From contig DFOT01000012.1 of the NCBI GenBank assembly GCA_002376875.1, positions 181,951-245,950 of the forward strand: a stretch of 64,000 nucleotides of DNA, given 5' to 3'. This document shows, one piece after another, positions 18,109-29,161 of this stretch (within the stretch, counting starts at the first letter, position 1; the number at the start of each line of letters is the position of its first letter). The notes beneath the pieces are model-generated. The model did not search any database. It saw only the letters and a program-made list of their open reading frames with translations, and was not told where the DNA came from. The translations under genes were made by a program, and so were the position numbers. The stretch comes from Opitutia bacterium UBA3534 (lineage in GTDB: Bacteria; Verrucomicrobiota; Verrucomicrobiia; Opitutales; UBA3534).

Positions 18109-18854
18109 TCTGTAGATTCAGCTTGGGTTGAAGAGTCGTCTTCTTGGGTAGTTTCTGGCTCATCAGCAGGGGTGCTGTCTTGAGCTGGTGCCTGGAGGCT
18201 TTCAAGAAGTTCTTTTTTAAAGGGAGTAGGGACATCATCTAGTGTGCCGTTTTGTGCACGTTGCAAGGCACGTAGGTAAGCGATGACTGCCCAGCGTTCT
18301 TCGGGGCGTAATTTCTCGCCGTAGCCACTCATGGTGTTTTTACCATGGGTGATGGTATTGAAAATCTCGCCTTCGGCCATATCGCGTAGGCGATCGTCAT
18401 GGTAAGAGAGTGTAGTAGCTACGCCGTATTGCTTAGTGATGCCGTCACCATCGCCAATAGCGCTGTGGCAGACTTGGCAGAAGATAGTGTATTTTTGCTG
18501 ACCCAGCTCCATAAGGGCGTGGTTAACCTCGACAGGGAAGCCGCGTACCCATTCGCCACTGCGGGTTTTTCCTGTGTAAAGCTCAGGATTGTCTGCTTGG
18601 GCGTAATTGAAATCTTCGTTGAATACCTTGGCGGTTTCCCAGCTAGAACCACGGGCAATGGTTCCGGGGACAACGGGACGGTCGTCCATGCGGTTCTGGT
18701 AGAAAGTATTCTCGCCTTGGGGGCGGTACTTTTCTTGGTCGTCCATGTCGGGGAAGACGTAGAGTGGGGGCTCAGTGAACTTAGTTCCACGGATGCCGAA
18801 GATGGACACCGTTGCTACGCACAGGAAAACGAAAATGCCAAGGAAGATACGCAT
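18105..18854 (-). CDS. actE: Alternative complex III monoheme cytochrome c ActE
   Basis: DMDDQEKY, single CQVCH, IFNTITHG..TM and RWAVIAYLRALQ motifs. Confidence 0.9.
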   Translation of the reverse strand: MRIFLGIFVFLCVATVSIFGIRGTKFTEPPLYVFPDMDDQEKYRPQGENTFYQNRMDDRPVVPGTIARGSSWETAKVFNEDFNYAQADNPELYTGKTRSGEWVRGFPVEVNHALMELGQQKYTIFCQVCHSAIGDGDGITKQYGVATTLSYHDDRLRDMAEGEIFNTITHGKNTMSGYGEKLRPEERWAVIAYLRALQRAQNGTLDDVPTPFKKELLESLQAPAQDSTPADEPETTQEDDSSTQAESTE

Positions 18855-18855
18855 T

Positions 18856-19401
18856 TTAATGATCTAAAAGAGTGATTTCAGTACCGCCTAAATCGCGGAG
18901 GAGGGTTTCAGTTTTGGATTTATCGAAAAGTGGATCGCGGCATTCGATAGCAATGAAAAAGCCGTCGTCACTTGCTTTACTAAAAGGCTCGTGATTGAAG
19001 ACGGGGTGGTTATGCCGTGGGAGGAGGTTGGTAAGGAACATACCGAAGAAGGCCCCGAAAGAGGCCAAGAGGATGGTAAGCTCGTAAAATACAGGAAAAG
19101 GAAAAATTGGACTGAAGAAGGGTTTACCACCTACAATCAGCGGGTAGTCATAAGCATTCATGTAGTAAACGATGCTCATACCGGTACAAAAGCCGGTGAT
19201 TCCACCAAAGAGTGTGATGACTGAAACCTTGGAGCGCTTTAGGCCCATGATCTCGTGAATGTTATGGATCGGTAAAGGAGCGAAGAAATCCCAACGTTTA
19301 AATCCAGCATCGCGGACTTTCTCAGCAGCATCACACGCTTCGGTGATGTTTTTGAAGCTGGCGATCAATCCGTAGGGCTTTTTCTCTTTATTATTAAACA
19401 T
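18856..19401 (-). CDS. actD: Alternative complex III subunit ActD (DUF3341)
   Basis: YPLIVGGKP and FPVFYELTIL motifs; two TM. Confidence 0.9.
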   Translation of the reverse strand: MFNNKEKKPYGLIASFKNITEACDAAEKVRDAGFKRWDFFAPLPIHNIHEIMGLKRSKVSVITLFGGITGFCTGMSIVYYMNAYDYPLIVGGKPFFSPIFPFPVFYELTILLASFGAFFGMFLTNLLPRHNHPVFNHEPFSKASDDGFFIAIECRDPLFDKSKTETLLRDLGGTEITLLDH

Positions 19402-19409
19402 AGGAAGGC

Positions 19410-20840
19410 TTACAGATGGTTAGTGTCAGGATTGGGGTGAGGGGTTCCTGCGGGGGTGATGGCCTTAATCTCAGCGATAGGCATGAGAGGTAGGAAGCGT
19501 ACAAAGAGTAAAAAGAGTACGGAGAAGAACCCGAATGTTCCAAAGAAAGTGAAAATGTCTACGATTGTAGGTGAGTAGTATCCCCAGCTTGAAGGAAGGA
19601 AGTCATTAGCTAGGGAGGTTACCGCGATTACGAAACGCTCGAACCACATACCTACATTCACAAACATGCAGATGACTAACACGAGGGCGGTATTCTCACG
19701 GATGCATTTGAACCAGAATAGCTGTGGGCTAATTACGTTACAGGTTACCATGATCCAGTAGGCCCAGGCGTATTGACCAAAGGCACGATTGACGAAGGTG
19801 AAGCTTTCGTAAGGGTTGGCCCCGTACCAGGCGATAAAGAACTCCATCGCATAGGCGTAACCCACCATGCTGCCTGTTCCGAGGATGATCTTACACATAC
19901 AATCGATATGACGCTGGGTGATGATATCGTGTAGGCGGTAGATTGCGCGTAAAGGGAGCATGATAGTCAGTACCATGGCAAACCCAGAGAAAATCGCACC
20001 GGCAACAAAGTAAGGAGGGAAAATGGTTGTGTGCCAACCCGGGACAAGGGCCACCGCAAAGTCAAAGGAAACGATAGTGTGTACAGAAAGTACGAGCGGG
20101 GTGGAGAGGCCAGCAAGAAGGATATAGGCCATTTCGTAGTTGTTCCAGTGGCGGCTGGAGCTGCGCCAGCCCATGGCAAGCACTCCGTAGAAGTATTTAC
20201 GCCAGGTCTTTTTGGCACGGTCTCTTAGGCAAGCTAGGTCAGGGATCATACCCATGTACCAGAATAAGCAGGAGACGGTAAAGTAGGTCGAGACAGCGAA
20301 TACGTCCCACTCGAGCGGACTGCGGAAGTTGGGCCAGATGCCATTGGCATTAGGCAATGGGAAAAGCCACCAGGCGTACCAAACACGGCCTACGTGGAAT
20401 AACGGAAAAAGGCCTGCGCACATCACCGCGAAGATGGTCATGGCTTCTGCAGCACGGTTAATCGCGGTACGCCACTTCTGCTTCAGTAGACAGAGGATGG
20501 CGGAAATGAGCGTTCCTGCGTGGCCAATACCAATCCAGAAAACGAAATTAACAATAGCCCAACCCCAGTTAATCGGGTTAGCTAAGCCCCAAGTCCCTAC
20601 TCCAGTAGAGACTAAGTAGGTGAGCCCGACGAAGGTGAAGCTCGCCATGGCGCAGGCTAGGATGAAGCATACCCACCACCAGCGCGGGGTGGAATCCTCG
20701 ACGATGGTACAGACGCGCTCGGTAACCCAGTGCAAGGTATGCTCGTTTTCGACTAAAGCAGGTTTAGGCAGGGTTACAGGATCCACCTTTGCTAGAAGGG
20801 CTGGATCAGCAAGCGCAGATTCGTCGGTATGGGCACTCAT
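19410..20840 (-). CDS. actC: Alternative complex III quinol-oxidising subunit ActC (NrfD family)
   Basis: [27 protein letters not shown] and GMWFERF motifs. Confidence 0.93.
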   Translation of the reverse strand: MSAHTDESALADPALLAKVDPVTLPKPALVENEHTLHWVTERVCTIVEDSTPRWWWVCFILACAMASFTFVGLTYLVSTGVGTWGLANPINWGWAIVNFVFWIGIGHAGTLISAILCLLKQKWRTAINRAAEAMTIFAVMCAGLFPLFHVGRVWYAWWLFPLPNANGIWPNFRSPLEWDVFAVSTYFTVSCLFWYMGMIPDLACLRDRAKKTWRKYFYGVLAMGWRSSSRHWNNYEMAYILLAGLSTPLVLSVHTIVSFDFAVALVPGWHTTIFPPYFVAGAIFSGFAMVLTIMLPLRAIYRLHDIITQRHIDCMCKIILGTGSMVGYAYAMEFFIAWYGANPYESFTFVNRAFGQYAWAYWIMVTCNVISPQLFWFKCIRENTALVLVICMFVNVGMWFERFVIAVTSLANDFLPSSWGYYSPTIVDIFTFFGTFGFFSVLFLLFVRFLPLMPIAEIKAITPAGTPHPNPDTNHL

Positions 20841-20851
20841 GGTAATAAAGT

Positions 20852-23800
20852 TTAGTGGGTGACAGCGTGATGGGCAGAGGCATGAGCTTCATGGCCATAG
20901 CGCTTTTCATATTCAACACGGCTTAAAGGTTGTTTCTTGTAGTCAGGCATTGCAGGGTTCGGGTTGCGAACTTTACCTGTGTACGTGACGCGGGGGCGTG
21001 TATTAAGGTAACCCAAGAGGCTGTAGTCTAGATCAAGGTTTTTGCGTCTTGAGACTTCTGTGCTTGGGTCAGCAATATCACCAAAGGCAATAGAGTCCGT
21101 TGGGCAGGCTTGTTGACAAGCCACCTTGATGATTCCATCAGCCACTTTGACGTTATTCGAATCCTTAGCGCGAGACCGTTGTCTGATCTTGGCTTCTTCG
21201 ATTCTTTGAACACAGAAAGTACATTTTTCCATGACGCCTCGCATACGGACGGTAACATCAGGGTTCTTTTGCATCTGGTGGGTCTCAGCCATGCCTGCAG
21301 GGCCTAGAGGGCCTTCGTAGAAGTGGCCAATTTCGCGCTTATTCCAATCGAAGAAGTTGAAGCGACGAACCTTCCAGGGGCAATTATTCGCACAATAGCG
21401 AGTTCCTACGCAGCGGTTATAAGCCATGGTGTTGAGGCCTTCTTCGTCATGCACAGTAGCATTAACAGGGCAGACCATTTCACACGGAGCCAGCTCACAG
21501 TGCTGACACATGACATTCATGAAAGAAACTTGAGGGTCTTCGGGGATCTCTTCGCGGGAGTCTTGCGCACTGGAGTAGTAACGGTCGAGGCGGATCCAAT
21601 GCATCTCGCGGCCACGTAAGACCTGGTCTTTACCTACAATGGCGATATTGTTTTCACTCTGGCAGGCAACAACGCAAGAGTTACACCCAGTACAGGTGTT
21701 AAGGTCTACCGTCATGCCCCACTGTTGCTCTCCCTTAAATGCAGGGGTCTTATAGGCAGACTCTCCCCGTGGGATCTCGGTAGCCTTTTGAGCTAATGGC
21801 ATGTTTTTTGCACTGCCATAGTTGTTAGGCGTGTGGGATTCCATGCCCATTTTCGCTACGAAGTCTGGGTGCTTTTCGAAATCTTCAGAGTTCGCCTCAC
21901 GGATGATTGCGCGGCCTTCCATAGACCAGTGCTCTTGTGTGTTAGCGAGTAAGGTTTTGTCTTCCGTGATGCGAATGCTGCCTCCGAGTGCGTGGGCCTG
22001 GGTTTCATTCTCGATCAGTGGGTAAACATCAAAACCTGTTCCCACACCAATACGGCCTACTTTCTTGCGCCCAAACCCTAAGGGGAGGATGACTGTATAG
22101 TCAGAGAGTCCTGGCTGTACGTGTACGGGGCCAAAGGTTCTGCGGCCATCGACTGTAATTTCAGCAATCCAGGCGTTTTCTTTTCCGGCGACAAATTGAG
22201 CAGCAGTTTTATTAAGCTGTTTCGTTTTGTTAAGGACACTGGAGTTAGGGAAGAAAAGTTTACCTGTTTGAGCTTCAAGTTCTTTAGCTAGGCGTGGGCT
22301 AATATGGATGGCGTTATCCCAGGTGAGCTTGCTCATTGGGTCCGGACATTCCATCATCCAGCCATTGTTATTGTAGCGGCCATCCCAGGTATGGTGGCTA
22401 GGCTTGAAGCGAAACTCGAGGTTGGTTGCGGAAAGAGTCGTTGCGCTAAAGTCTGCACCGTTAATCATGCTTAAGACATTCTTGGCACCGACTCCGGCAT
22501 CTACCATGGCATAGCGGGTGCCATTCTGGACACCTTCAGCGAGCCATTTTTCAAAGTTTCCTCCTGGAGCCATCATACCGAAGGTCTCGCGGACAAGGTC
22601 GTAGGATTCGGTATTAGGATTGCCCATAATCCTTGCGATCACTTCGAGCTCTGAGAAGGTCTCGAATAAAGGCATGATCATAGGTTGCACGGGTACGAGT
22701 GTTCCGTCGCAAGCTCGGCCATCTCCCCAGGACTCTAGGTAGTGGTGGGCGGCTATATGGGTATGTGAAAGTTCAGTCGTCTCATTTTCAGAGAAGCTAA
22801 AGTGTACAACCTGAGGGACTTTGCTTTGAAGTGCTTTCCAGTCTAGCCCGGCGGGTGCGTTGTAGGCTGGGTTCCCGTTGAGGATGACAAGGGTGTTAAC
22901 CTGATTCGTTTGGATTGCTTGAGCTAAAGAGTCAATTGAATCACTTGTGTAGGCCTCAGGGATTTCTGCGTAGGTGACAAGCGTACCGTTTGCACTGAGT
23001 TGTGCATTAAGGCTCGCAACAAGTAGCTGAACCTCTTCGGGGAGGTCTGTTCCGGCAATGATTAATGATTGACCCTTATGGGAGACTAAATCTTGAACAC
23101 AAGTCTTGAGCCATTTTTGGTCTATATTAAGGCCGTTTGACTTTTGGCGTAGGGTATTGATGAGTTTGCTAGGGCCCCCGGTTTGAGCAAAGACTTCTGC
23201 AGCTAAAGCTGCAGTGAAAGCACCCATGTGGGAGTTTGCTAGACGCAAGCGGTGGTCAGCCATGCCGCCTGTTAGTGTGAAGTCACTCTCTACTGCGTAG
23301 AGGCGGTTCATTTGGGAAGTGTCCCCAGGTTTTTCTACCCGGCGGGATTGAGCAAACCCGCGAGCGTGAGAAAGATGGCCTGGGCCATTTTCTAGAAAGT
23401 CAGATTCTAAGGCGAGGATACGTTTGGCTTTTTCGAAATTATAAAAGGGACGTAAGCGTTTGCCTGTAGTTTTTTTAAAGGCTGTCTCAGGTTGGTCTTG
23501 AGTGATAGGCTCATACTCAACCCAGCGTGCCTTAGGGTATTGTGCCTTGAGTTGTTGTACTAGGCGTGCACGTGTGGGAGAGGCCGATTTATCTGCAAGG
23601 AATGCGAGGCCTTCTCCTGAAAGTGTTGTATAGGTATTGCGGATAGACTCGAGGATGTCGAGAACATCAGCAGGGTTAAGCATTTGCTTGTTATTGCCTG
23701 TGCTATAGCGTGAACGATCAGGATCGTAGAGATCAAGAACACTTGCTTGAGCATAAATATCAGTAGCACCATTATAGGCAGGGTAGCTAGGGTTTCCTTC

Positions 23801-24169
23801 TATTTTTGTAGGGCGTGCTTCATGCGTTTCTACAATTAAAGGAATGTGCGCGCAAGATCCAGGCATAGAGCTTGCGTAAAAAAGGGGAACCCCGGGGATG
23901 ACGCGTTCGGGCTGGTCTGCGTAAGGAAGGATATGGTGCCTAGGTTGGCGACAGCCTGCAAGACCCAAGCCGGCTAAGCCGAAGCTTGCGGCCATGATCT
24001 TAAGAAAGTGCCTGCGGTTGATGCCTTCACTCTCGGACGCTCCGGCAGGGAACTCACGGTGAAGCCACTCTTTGAACTCAGGGGTGTCAGCAACTTCATC
24101 AAGGCTGCGCCAATATTGCGGGCCTGCTAGTTTTGCTGAAGAAGGAGGATTTGTTTTTTTCTTACTCAT
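20852..24169 (-). CDS. actB: Alternative complex III ActB (molybdopterin-oxidoreductase-like plus Fe-S fusion)
   Basis: YWRSL, Tat/lipobox NRRHFLK...LAGC, Fe-S motifs CTGCNSC, CQHC...C, CVGTRYC and CTFC. ATG 24169 overlaps the actA stop. Confidence 0.93.
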   Translation of the reverse strand: MSKKKTNPPSSAKLAGPQYWRSLDEVADTPEFKEWLHREFPAGASESEGINRRHFLKIMAASFGLAGLGLAGCRQPRHHILPYADQPERVIPGVPLFYASSMPGSCAHIPLIVETHEARPTKIEGNPSYPAYNGATDIYAQASVLDLYDPDRSRYSTGNNKQMLNPADVLDILESIRNTYTTLSGEGLAFLADKSASPTRARLVQQLKAQYPKARWVEYEPITQDQPETAFKKTTGKRLRPFYNFEKAKRILALESDFLENGPGHLSHARGFAQSRRVEKPGDTSQMNRLYAVESDFTLTGGMADHRLRLANSHMGAFTAALAAEVFAQTGGPSKLINTLRQKSNGLNIDQKWLKTCVQDLVSHKGQSLIIAGTDLPEEVQLLVASLNAQLSANGTLVTYAEIPEAYTSDSIDSLAQAIQTNQVNTLVILNGNPAYNAPAGLDWKALQSKVPQVVHFSFSENETTELSHTHIAAHHYLESWGDGRACDGTLVPVQPMIMPLFETFSELEVIARIMGNPNTESYDLVRETFGMMAPGGNFEKWLAEGVQNGTRYAMVDAGVGAKNVLSMINGADFSATTLSATNLEFRFKPSHHTWDGRYNNNGWMMECPDPMSKLTWDNAIHISPRLAKELEAQTGKLFFPNSSVLNKTKQLNKTAAQFVAGKENAWIAEITVDGRRTFGPVHVQPGLSDYTVILPLGFGRKKVGRIGVGTGFDVYPLIENETQAHALGGSIRITEDKTLLANTQEHWSMEGRAIIREANSEDFEKHPDFVAKMGMESHTPNNYGSAKNMPLAQKATEIPRGESAYKTPAFKGEQQWGMTVDLNTCTGCNSCVVACQSENNIAIVGKDQVLRGREMHWIRLDRYYSSAQDSREEIPEDPQVSFMNVMCQHCELAPCEMVCPVNATVHDEEGLNTMAYNRCVGTRYCANNCPWKVRRFNFFDWNKREIGHFYEGPLGPAGMAETHQMQKNPDVTVRMRGVMEKCTFCVQRIEEAKIRQRSRAKDSNNVKVADGIIKVACQQACPTDSIAFGDIADPSTEVSRRKNLDLDYSLLGYLNTRPRVTYTGKVRNPNPAMPDYKKQPLSRVEYEKRYGHEAHASAHHAVTH

Positions 24170-24819
24170 CGGTGGCAACCGGAACAGCTTAAAGGTGGAT
24201 TGATTTTCCAGTCATGTACAAAACGTTTACCCATTTCTTCTTGCTCTTTCGGGCTAGAAGCTTCCCAGTTTAGGTTATAAACCTCATCAACGGGGCGGAT
24301 GCTTTTTTCGGGGTGACGGTGGCAATCTAGGCAGAAAGACATGCTTAATGACTTTGCGTGGTAGACCGTCTGCATTTCGTTAACTTGGCCGTGACATTCG
24401 ACACAGCTAATACCGCGGTTTACATGAACGGAGTGATTGAAGTAAACAAAGTCAGGTGTTTTGTGAATGCGTACCCAAGGGATAGGTTCTCCAGATTCTG
24501 CACTTTCACGCACAGGGGCCAAAGCTTGTGAGTCTGTAAGGACTTGGCTATGGCAATTCATGCATGTGTTAGTCGAGGGGACGTTAGAGTGCTCGGAGCG
24601 GTCTACGTAAGTATGGCAGTAGCGGCAATCCATGCCGAGTTGCTCGACGTGGATGTTATGATCAAAGGGGACTGGCTGTATTGGTTGGTACCCTACACGC
24701 ATGTATTTGGGTGTACCGTAATAAGTGATACCTGCGACAACAGCAGTCACTACTAGGCCAATACCTAGGATAATTTTAATGGGAACAAAATTGGACCACT
24801 TGGGGAAGATGTTGGCCAT
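24166..24819 (-). CDS. actA: Alternative complex III pentaheme cytochrome c ActA
   Basis: N-terminal TM and five CxxCH motifs (CRYCH, CMNCH, CVECH, CLDCH, CSGCH). Confidence 0.93.
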   Translation of the reverse strand: MANIFPKWSNFVPIKIILGIGLVVTAVVAGITYYGTPKYMRVGYQPIQPVPFDHNIHVEQLGMDCRYCHTYVDRSEHSNVPSTNTCMNCHSQVLTDSQALAPVRESAESGEPIPWVRIHKTPDFVYFNHSVHVNRGISCVECHGQVNEMQTVYHAKSLSMSFCLDCHRHPEKSIRPVDEVYNLNWEASSPKEQEEMGKRFVHDWKINPPLSCSGCHR

Positions 24820-24825
24820 AAGGTG

Positions 24826-25011
24826 CTAAGAAAGCTTGGTGTTATGTTGGCTAGCAATAGCGCGGGGTTCTTTGCGGGCTAGAAAGGGGAGTCTCCGTTT
24901 TTTTAGAGGGCTGGGCTTGCTCCTTAAAAAAGAAGGCAGTACAAGGAGCCCTAAAATGGCTGATCCTAAAATCGTTAGGAATTTTTTCCGTGGAATTGGT
25001 ATCTCGTCCAT
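24826..25011 (-). CDS. Small Tat-signal-like membrane peptide upstream of actA
   Basis: 61 aa: PRKKFL, a hydrophobic helix and a basic tail; ends 6 bp before the actA start. Confidence 0.55.
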   Translation of the reverse strand: MDEIPIPRKKFLTILGSAILGLLVLPSFLRSKPSPLKKRRLPFLARKEPRAIASQHNTKLS

Positions 25012-25112
25012 GAGCTTTAAAATTGAAGACTCAATAAGGCTAACATTAAAACTAAGAGATATGCAACTCTAATTGATGCAACACCTTAGGGTTAAATAAA
25101 TTGAGTATGATT

Positions 25113-27077
25113 TTAGCGTGTCGCTTGAAGCGCACGTACAGAAACCCAAATGCTAGAGCCTAGCATAAGCAGTGCAGCAACTACAGGATGGAGCATGCCT
25201 AGTGCAGCCAAGGTCATTCCGAAAAAATTATAATTTGCTGCAAAAATTAGATTCTCTCTTACGCGAGCACGAATCTTTCTGCAAAGAGTAATGGCTTGAG
25301 GGAGTGCTTCAAGGCTATCTGCAATAAGAACAGCTGTTGCCGTGGACTGAGTTAGGGCTGCACCGCTACCCATAGCAATAGAGGCCTCACAGTGAGTCAT
25401 AGCAGGAGCGTCATTAATACCATCCCCTATATAGATAAGGCGCTCGCCTTGGCTTTGGAGTTCGGTGATGCGTTTGTCCTTTTCATTAGGGCTTAGGCCT
25501 GATTCTAGGGTGACGCCGTGGATGCTATCCCAGTGGGGGTTAGGGTCTCCGGTAAGGAGTGTTATTTTTAGGTCTAGGGTATCAAGATATTCAAAGACTT
25601 CGTTTACACCGGTACGTAGTTTCTCATCAAGGAGTGCTACAGCCGTAGGGACCCCATCTAAGCAGAGGTAAATGGCTTTCTTGGCCTCGGTAAAAAGGCT
25701 TGTATCTTGGAGGGCCTGGAAGCTTGCTTGGCAGTTTTCAGGCATGAGGCTCAGGTTCCCTAGAGTAATAGCGTATTGCTTGCCGGATGCGTCGGAGAGT
25801 TGGGCTTGGATGCCTTTACCAGGGATAATTCGGGAGCTTTCAAGCGTGTGGGTGCTTGAGGTTTCGTAGCTGAAGGCGCGTGCAATTGGGTGATCAATGG
25901 GCTTTTCAATCAGGGCGGCCATCGCTTTGAGTTCTTCACGTGGGAGCGGGCAGCTAGGATCCATAACCCAGTCTACAAGGACGAGCTCTTCTTCACTGAG
26001 GGTGCCTGTTTTGTCGAAAACAACGCGCTGGGCTTGGGCAAGTGTATCGAGGAAGTCCCCATTTTTAGAGATAAGACCGAGCTTAGAGAGTTTAAGTAGG
26101 CCGCTATATACGGCGATAGGGGTGGCTAGGCCAAGGGCGCAAGGGCAGGCAATGATGAGCACAGCCATGCTATTAAAGAGTGCTTCGCTCCAGTGGCCTA
26201 TAGTAAGCCAGGTGCAGAAAGTGCCTAGGCTAATTGTAATGACTGCTGGCAGGAACCATTGCATGATTCTGTCGGCTTGTTCCTGGAGGTGGGAGGGTTT
26301 GATGTGGGCGTTTTCGACTGTGTCGATTATGGTATCAAGGACCCGATCTCCTTTTAGATGGGTTGCTTGAATATGAAGCGTTCCATCGACTGTGTAAGTT
26401 CCTGCGAGTGCTTTATCGCCAGGATGCTTGACGATTGCAGTCGGTTCCCCTGTGAGGGCACGTTCTTGAACAAAGCTTTCTCCCTTAGTGATAATTCCAT
26501 CTACAGTAATAGGTTGGCCTGGGCCTACGATGACTTCATCATTTTGCCGAAGTTTTTCGATATCAATTTTTCCTTCTTGGGTGTAGGCGTAGTCGAAGGT
26601 TTCCCGAAAGGTGTGGGCTGCTGCGATCGCTTTTTCACGTGAGTAGATGCCTAGATTTTTGCCTACTGTGTAGATAACTAGAACAATGGCAACGACTTCG
26701 TAGTAAATAGACCCCGTTCCCTGGAAGGTTGCTACTAAAGACCCTCCGAGTGCGCCTAGTATACTTAAAAGGAATAAGCCCTCTACGCTGATACGTTTTT
26801 CGTACAGAGCTGTGTAGGTATTTCGTAATAAGGGCCCTCCAAGTAAAGTGAGAACGATCAGGGCTGAGGTGAATAAAATGCCGTGTAAGACCCAATAGGT
26901 CGCTCCGAAGATAGGGGTGTCGGTAATATTAATGCCCATTCCTAGAACCATCGTTTGTCCTGCTAAGACTAAACCAATTGCAATTTTAACAACGGGGATT
27001 TTACTCGGCTGAGCTGGCTGAGCGGAGGGAGCTGTTGTTTTTGTGGTGGGTGGTGTAGCGCAACAACAAGTAGACAT
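25113..27077 (-). CDS. P1B-type copper ATPase (CcoI-like)
   Basis: TGEP, CPCALGLATP, DKTGT, HP and GDGIND motifs; YN and MxxSS TM motifs of Cu(I) pumps. Start chosen at MSTCCC. Confidence 0.88.
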   Translation of the reverse strand: MSTCCCATPPTTKTTAPSAQPAQPSKIPVVKIAIGLVLAGQTMVLGMGINITDTPIFGATYWVLHGILFTSALIVLTLLGGPLLRNTYTALYEKRISVEGLFLLSILGALGGSLVATFQGTGSIYYEVVAIVLVIYTVGKNLGIYSREKAIAAAHTFRETFDYAYTQEGKIDIEKLRQNDEVIVGPGQPITVDGIITKGESFVQERALTGEPTAIVKHPGDKALAGTYTVDGTLHIQATHLKGDRVLDTIIDTVENAHIKPSHLQEQADRIMQWFLPAVITISLGTFCTWLTIGHWSEALFNSMAVLIIACPCALGLATPIAVYSGLLKLSKLGLISKNGDFLDTLAQAQRVVFDKTGTLSEEELVLVDWVMDPSCPLPREELKAMAALIEKPIDHPIARAFSYETSSTHTLESSRIIPGKGIQAQLSDASGKQYAITLGNLSLMPENCQASFQALQDTSLFTEAKKAIYLCLDGVPTAVALLDEKLRTGVNEVFEYLDTLDLKITLLTGDPNPHWDSIHGVTLESGLSPNEKDKRITELQSQGERLIYIGDGINDAPAMTHCEASIAMGSGAALTQSTATAVLIADSLEALPQAITLCRKIRARVRENLIFAANYNFFGMTLAALGMLHPVVAALLMLGSSIWVSVRALQATR

Positions 27078-27129
27078 AATAATAGGTTTTATAGCTTGGC
27101 TTATTGGTGGACACAAGCAAACTAACGGA

Positions 27130-27861
27130 GTGTCTACTTTAACTACAACTCAGGCCGTCGTCCAGGCTGCAGCAAGACTTAGTGAAGCTGTTAGCCAATT
27201 AAATTTTGCTGAACCGGTAACCCATGTATACAACCCACTCGAGTATGCCTGGGAGGCGCATGTTCAGTATTTAGAAAAGTGTGCGTGTGCGCCTAAGAAG
27301 GTGATCTTTCTAGGAATGAACCCAGGGCCTTGGGGAATGGCGCAGGTAGGTGTGCCTTTCGGAGAGGTGAGTGCTATTCGTGATTGGGTCGGGGTGAGTG
27401 CTGCGGTAGGCAAGCCTGCTCAAGAGCACCCAAAGCGCCCGATTGAAGGATTTGATTGCCAGCGTTCTGAAGTCAGTGGGCGCCGTTTGTGGGGTTTGTT
27501 TGCTGATCGTTTTGCTAGTGCAGATATTTTCTTTGAAGACCACTTTGTGGCTAACTATTGCCCTTTGGTATTTATGGAAGAAAGTGGGCGTAATCGTACG
27601 CCAGACAAATTACCAGCGAGTGAACAGCAAGCCCTGCAGGCTGTGTGTGATGCGCACTTGCGTGAGCTTGTTGATGCTTTAAGCCCAGAGTGGATGATTG
27701 GTGTGGGCGCATTTGCTCAGTCACGGATTGAAGCAGCCTGCGCGGGGATGCCCATTAAGATAGGGAAAATCTTACACCCAAGTCCTGCAAGCCCGGCAGC
27801 CAATAAAGACTTTGCGGGGAAGGCCAGTTCTCAGATGCAAGCTTTAGGCCTGTGGGACTAG
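27130..27861 (+). CDS. SMUG1-like uracil-DNA glycosylase (UDG family 3)
   Basis: YNPLEYA, GMNPGPWGM, SEVSG and HPSP motifs. Start approximate (GTG 27130). Confidence 0.9.
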   Translation: MSTLTTTQAVVQAAARLSEAVSQLNFAEPVTHVYNPLEYAWEAHVQYLEKCACAPKKVIFLGMNPGPWGMAQVGVPFGEVSAIRDWVGVSAAVGKPAQEHPKRPIEGFDCQRSEVSGRRLWGLFADRFASADIFFEDHFVANYCPLVFMEESGRNRTPDKLPASEQQALQAVCDAHLRELVDALSPEWMIGVGAFAQSRIEAACAGMPIKIGKILHPSPASPAANKDFAGKASSQMQALGLWD

Positions 27862-27888
27862 GATATATTGTTAATTAGGCCTTTGATT

Positions 27889-28521
27889 CTAGTCAACTAA
27901 GCCTTCTTTAATGCTGTATCGCGTAAGGCCGGCGATTCCTTTTACATTCAGCTTTTTCGCTAGGCTTGTGCGGTGGGTTTCTACTGTCTTGACCTCTATC
28001 CCGAGTTTGCTAGCGATTTCTTTAGTGCTGTAGCCTTCGGAAACAAGCTGGAGTACTTCGCGCTCACGGGGTGAGAGTGATTCTATCGAGCCGGTTTGCT
28101 CGGGCTCTATCATGATTTGGCGCATTGCTGTCATGATGCTTGGGCTAAAGTAAAGTTTCCCTGAGGCAATCGTTTCGATCGCTTTTTGCATTTCATTTAG
28201 TCCGGCAGCTTTTTCTATCATGCCGTCAGCCTCGAGCTCTAAAGCTTGCTTAATGTGGTTGTTGAGGAAAGAGCCTGAGAATAGGAGTACTTTGATTTTT
28301 GGGAGGGCTTCTTTGGTCCGTCGGAGGATCTCTAGGCCATTGAGTGAAGGAAGGCGGATGTCGAGAAGCACAAAATCAGGCTTTTGGGACTGGATCTGCT
28401 CCCAGCCTTCTTGGCCATCACTATAAGTGCCTAAGAGTTTACAGGTTACCGAATGAGTAAAAAACTCGCTCAGTAGATCGCTGAGCATGGTCTCATCTTC
28501 GATAATTAGGGCTTTGAGCAT
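27889..28521 (-). CDS. NarL/LuxR-family response regulator (no cognate kinase nearby)
   Basis: Receiver IED...LDIRLP and HTH LSPREREVLQL...KTVETHR; true start MLKALII. Confidence 0.92.
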   Translation of the reverse strand: MLKALIIEDETMLSDLLSEFFTHSVTCKLLGTYSDGQEGWEQIQSQKPDFVLLDIRLPSLNGLEILRRTKEALPKIKVLLFSGSFLNNHIKQALELEADGMIEKAAGLNEMQKAIETIASGKLYFSPSIMTAMRQIMIEPEQTGSIESLSPREREVLQLVSEGYSTKEIASKLGIEVKTVETHRTSLAKKLNVKGIAGLTRYSIKEGLVD

Positions 28522-28663
28522 GACGGGTAGGTTTGGGGTTGCCCGGGGGAGGTAGGGCTGTAATATAGATTCTGATCGTGTATAACATAGTTTCAATCTT
28601 AAAAACCTTCTTTGAGCAATCAGAATCCTCTTTGCTGAAAGCATACCCCTTAGAAAGTCTATC

Positions 28664-29161
28664 ATGGCCCTAGCGATTGGAGAAAAAGCCCCTGATTTTA
28701 CCCTCAAACAAAAAACGGATGAAGACCTTATCTCAGTCACTTTAAGTGAGCACTTAGGCAAACGTCCTATTGTATTACTCTTTTTCCCTTTGGCGTTTAC
28801 ACGTGTATGTACGCAAGAGTTGTGCACCGTGAGTCATGACTTTGAAGCTTATGCAAAGTGGGATGCCGTTGTGTATGGGATTAGTACAGACAGTCCTTTT
28901 TCGCAACATGCCTGGGCAAAGGAACATGGCATTACGGTTCCTTTATTGAGTGACTTTAACCGCAAAGTCGCAAAGGCTTATGGGGTTCTTTATTTAGAGC
29001 TCTTAGGGTTTCGAGGGATCATGAAACGATCTGCATTTGTAATTAATAAACAAGGAAGAATTGCTTATAGCTGGGAGAGTACCAGCCCACACCGCCTGCC
29101 CGACTTTGATACCTTAAAAGAAGCACTAGGGAGTGCGAGCCAAGAGACAGTATCTGTATGA
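28664..29161 (+). CDS. Peroxiredoxin (AhpE/BCP-like)
   Basis: PxxxTxxC motif FPLAFTRVC; LLSDFN and KRSAFVI. Confidence 0.9.
   Translation: MALAIGEKAPDFTLKQKTDEDLISVTLSEHLGKRPIVLLFFPLAFTRVCTQELCTVSHDFEAYAKWDAVVYGISTDSPFSQHAWAKEHGITVPLLSDFNRKVAKAYGVLYLELLGFRGIMKRSAFVINKQGRIAYSWESTSPHRLPDFDTLKEALGSASQETVSV

Noticed and set aside
25012-25112. FNR box upstream of the ACIII-cbb3 run
   Set aside because: Only a TTGAT half-site is present, with no ATCAA at the proper spacing.
28522-28827. 101-aa N-terminal extension of the NarL regulator in the ORF track
   Set aside because: It overlaps the peroxiredoxin gene antisense; the receiver domain starts at MLKALII (28521).
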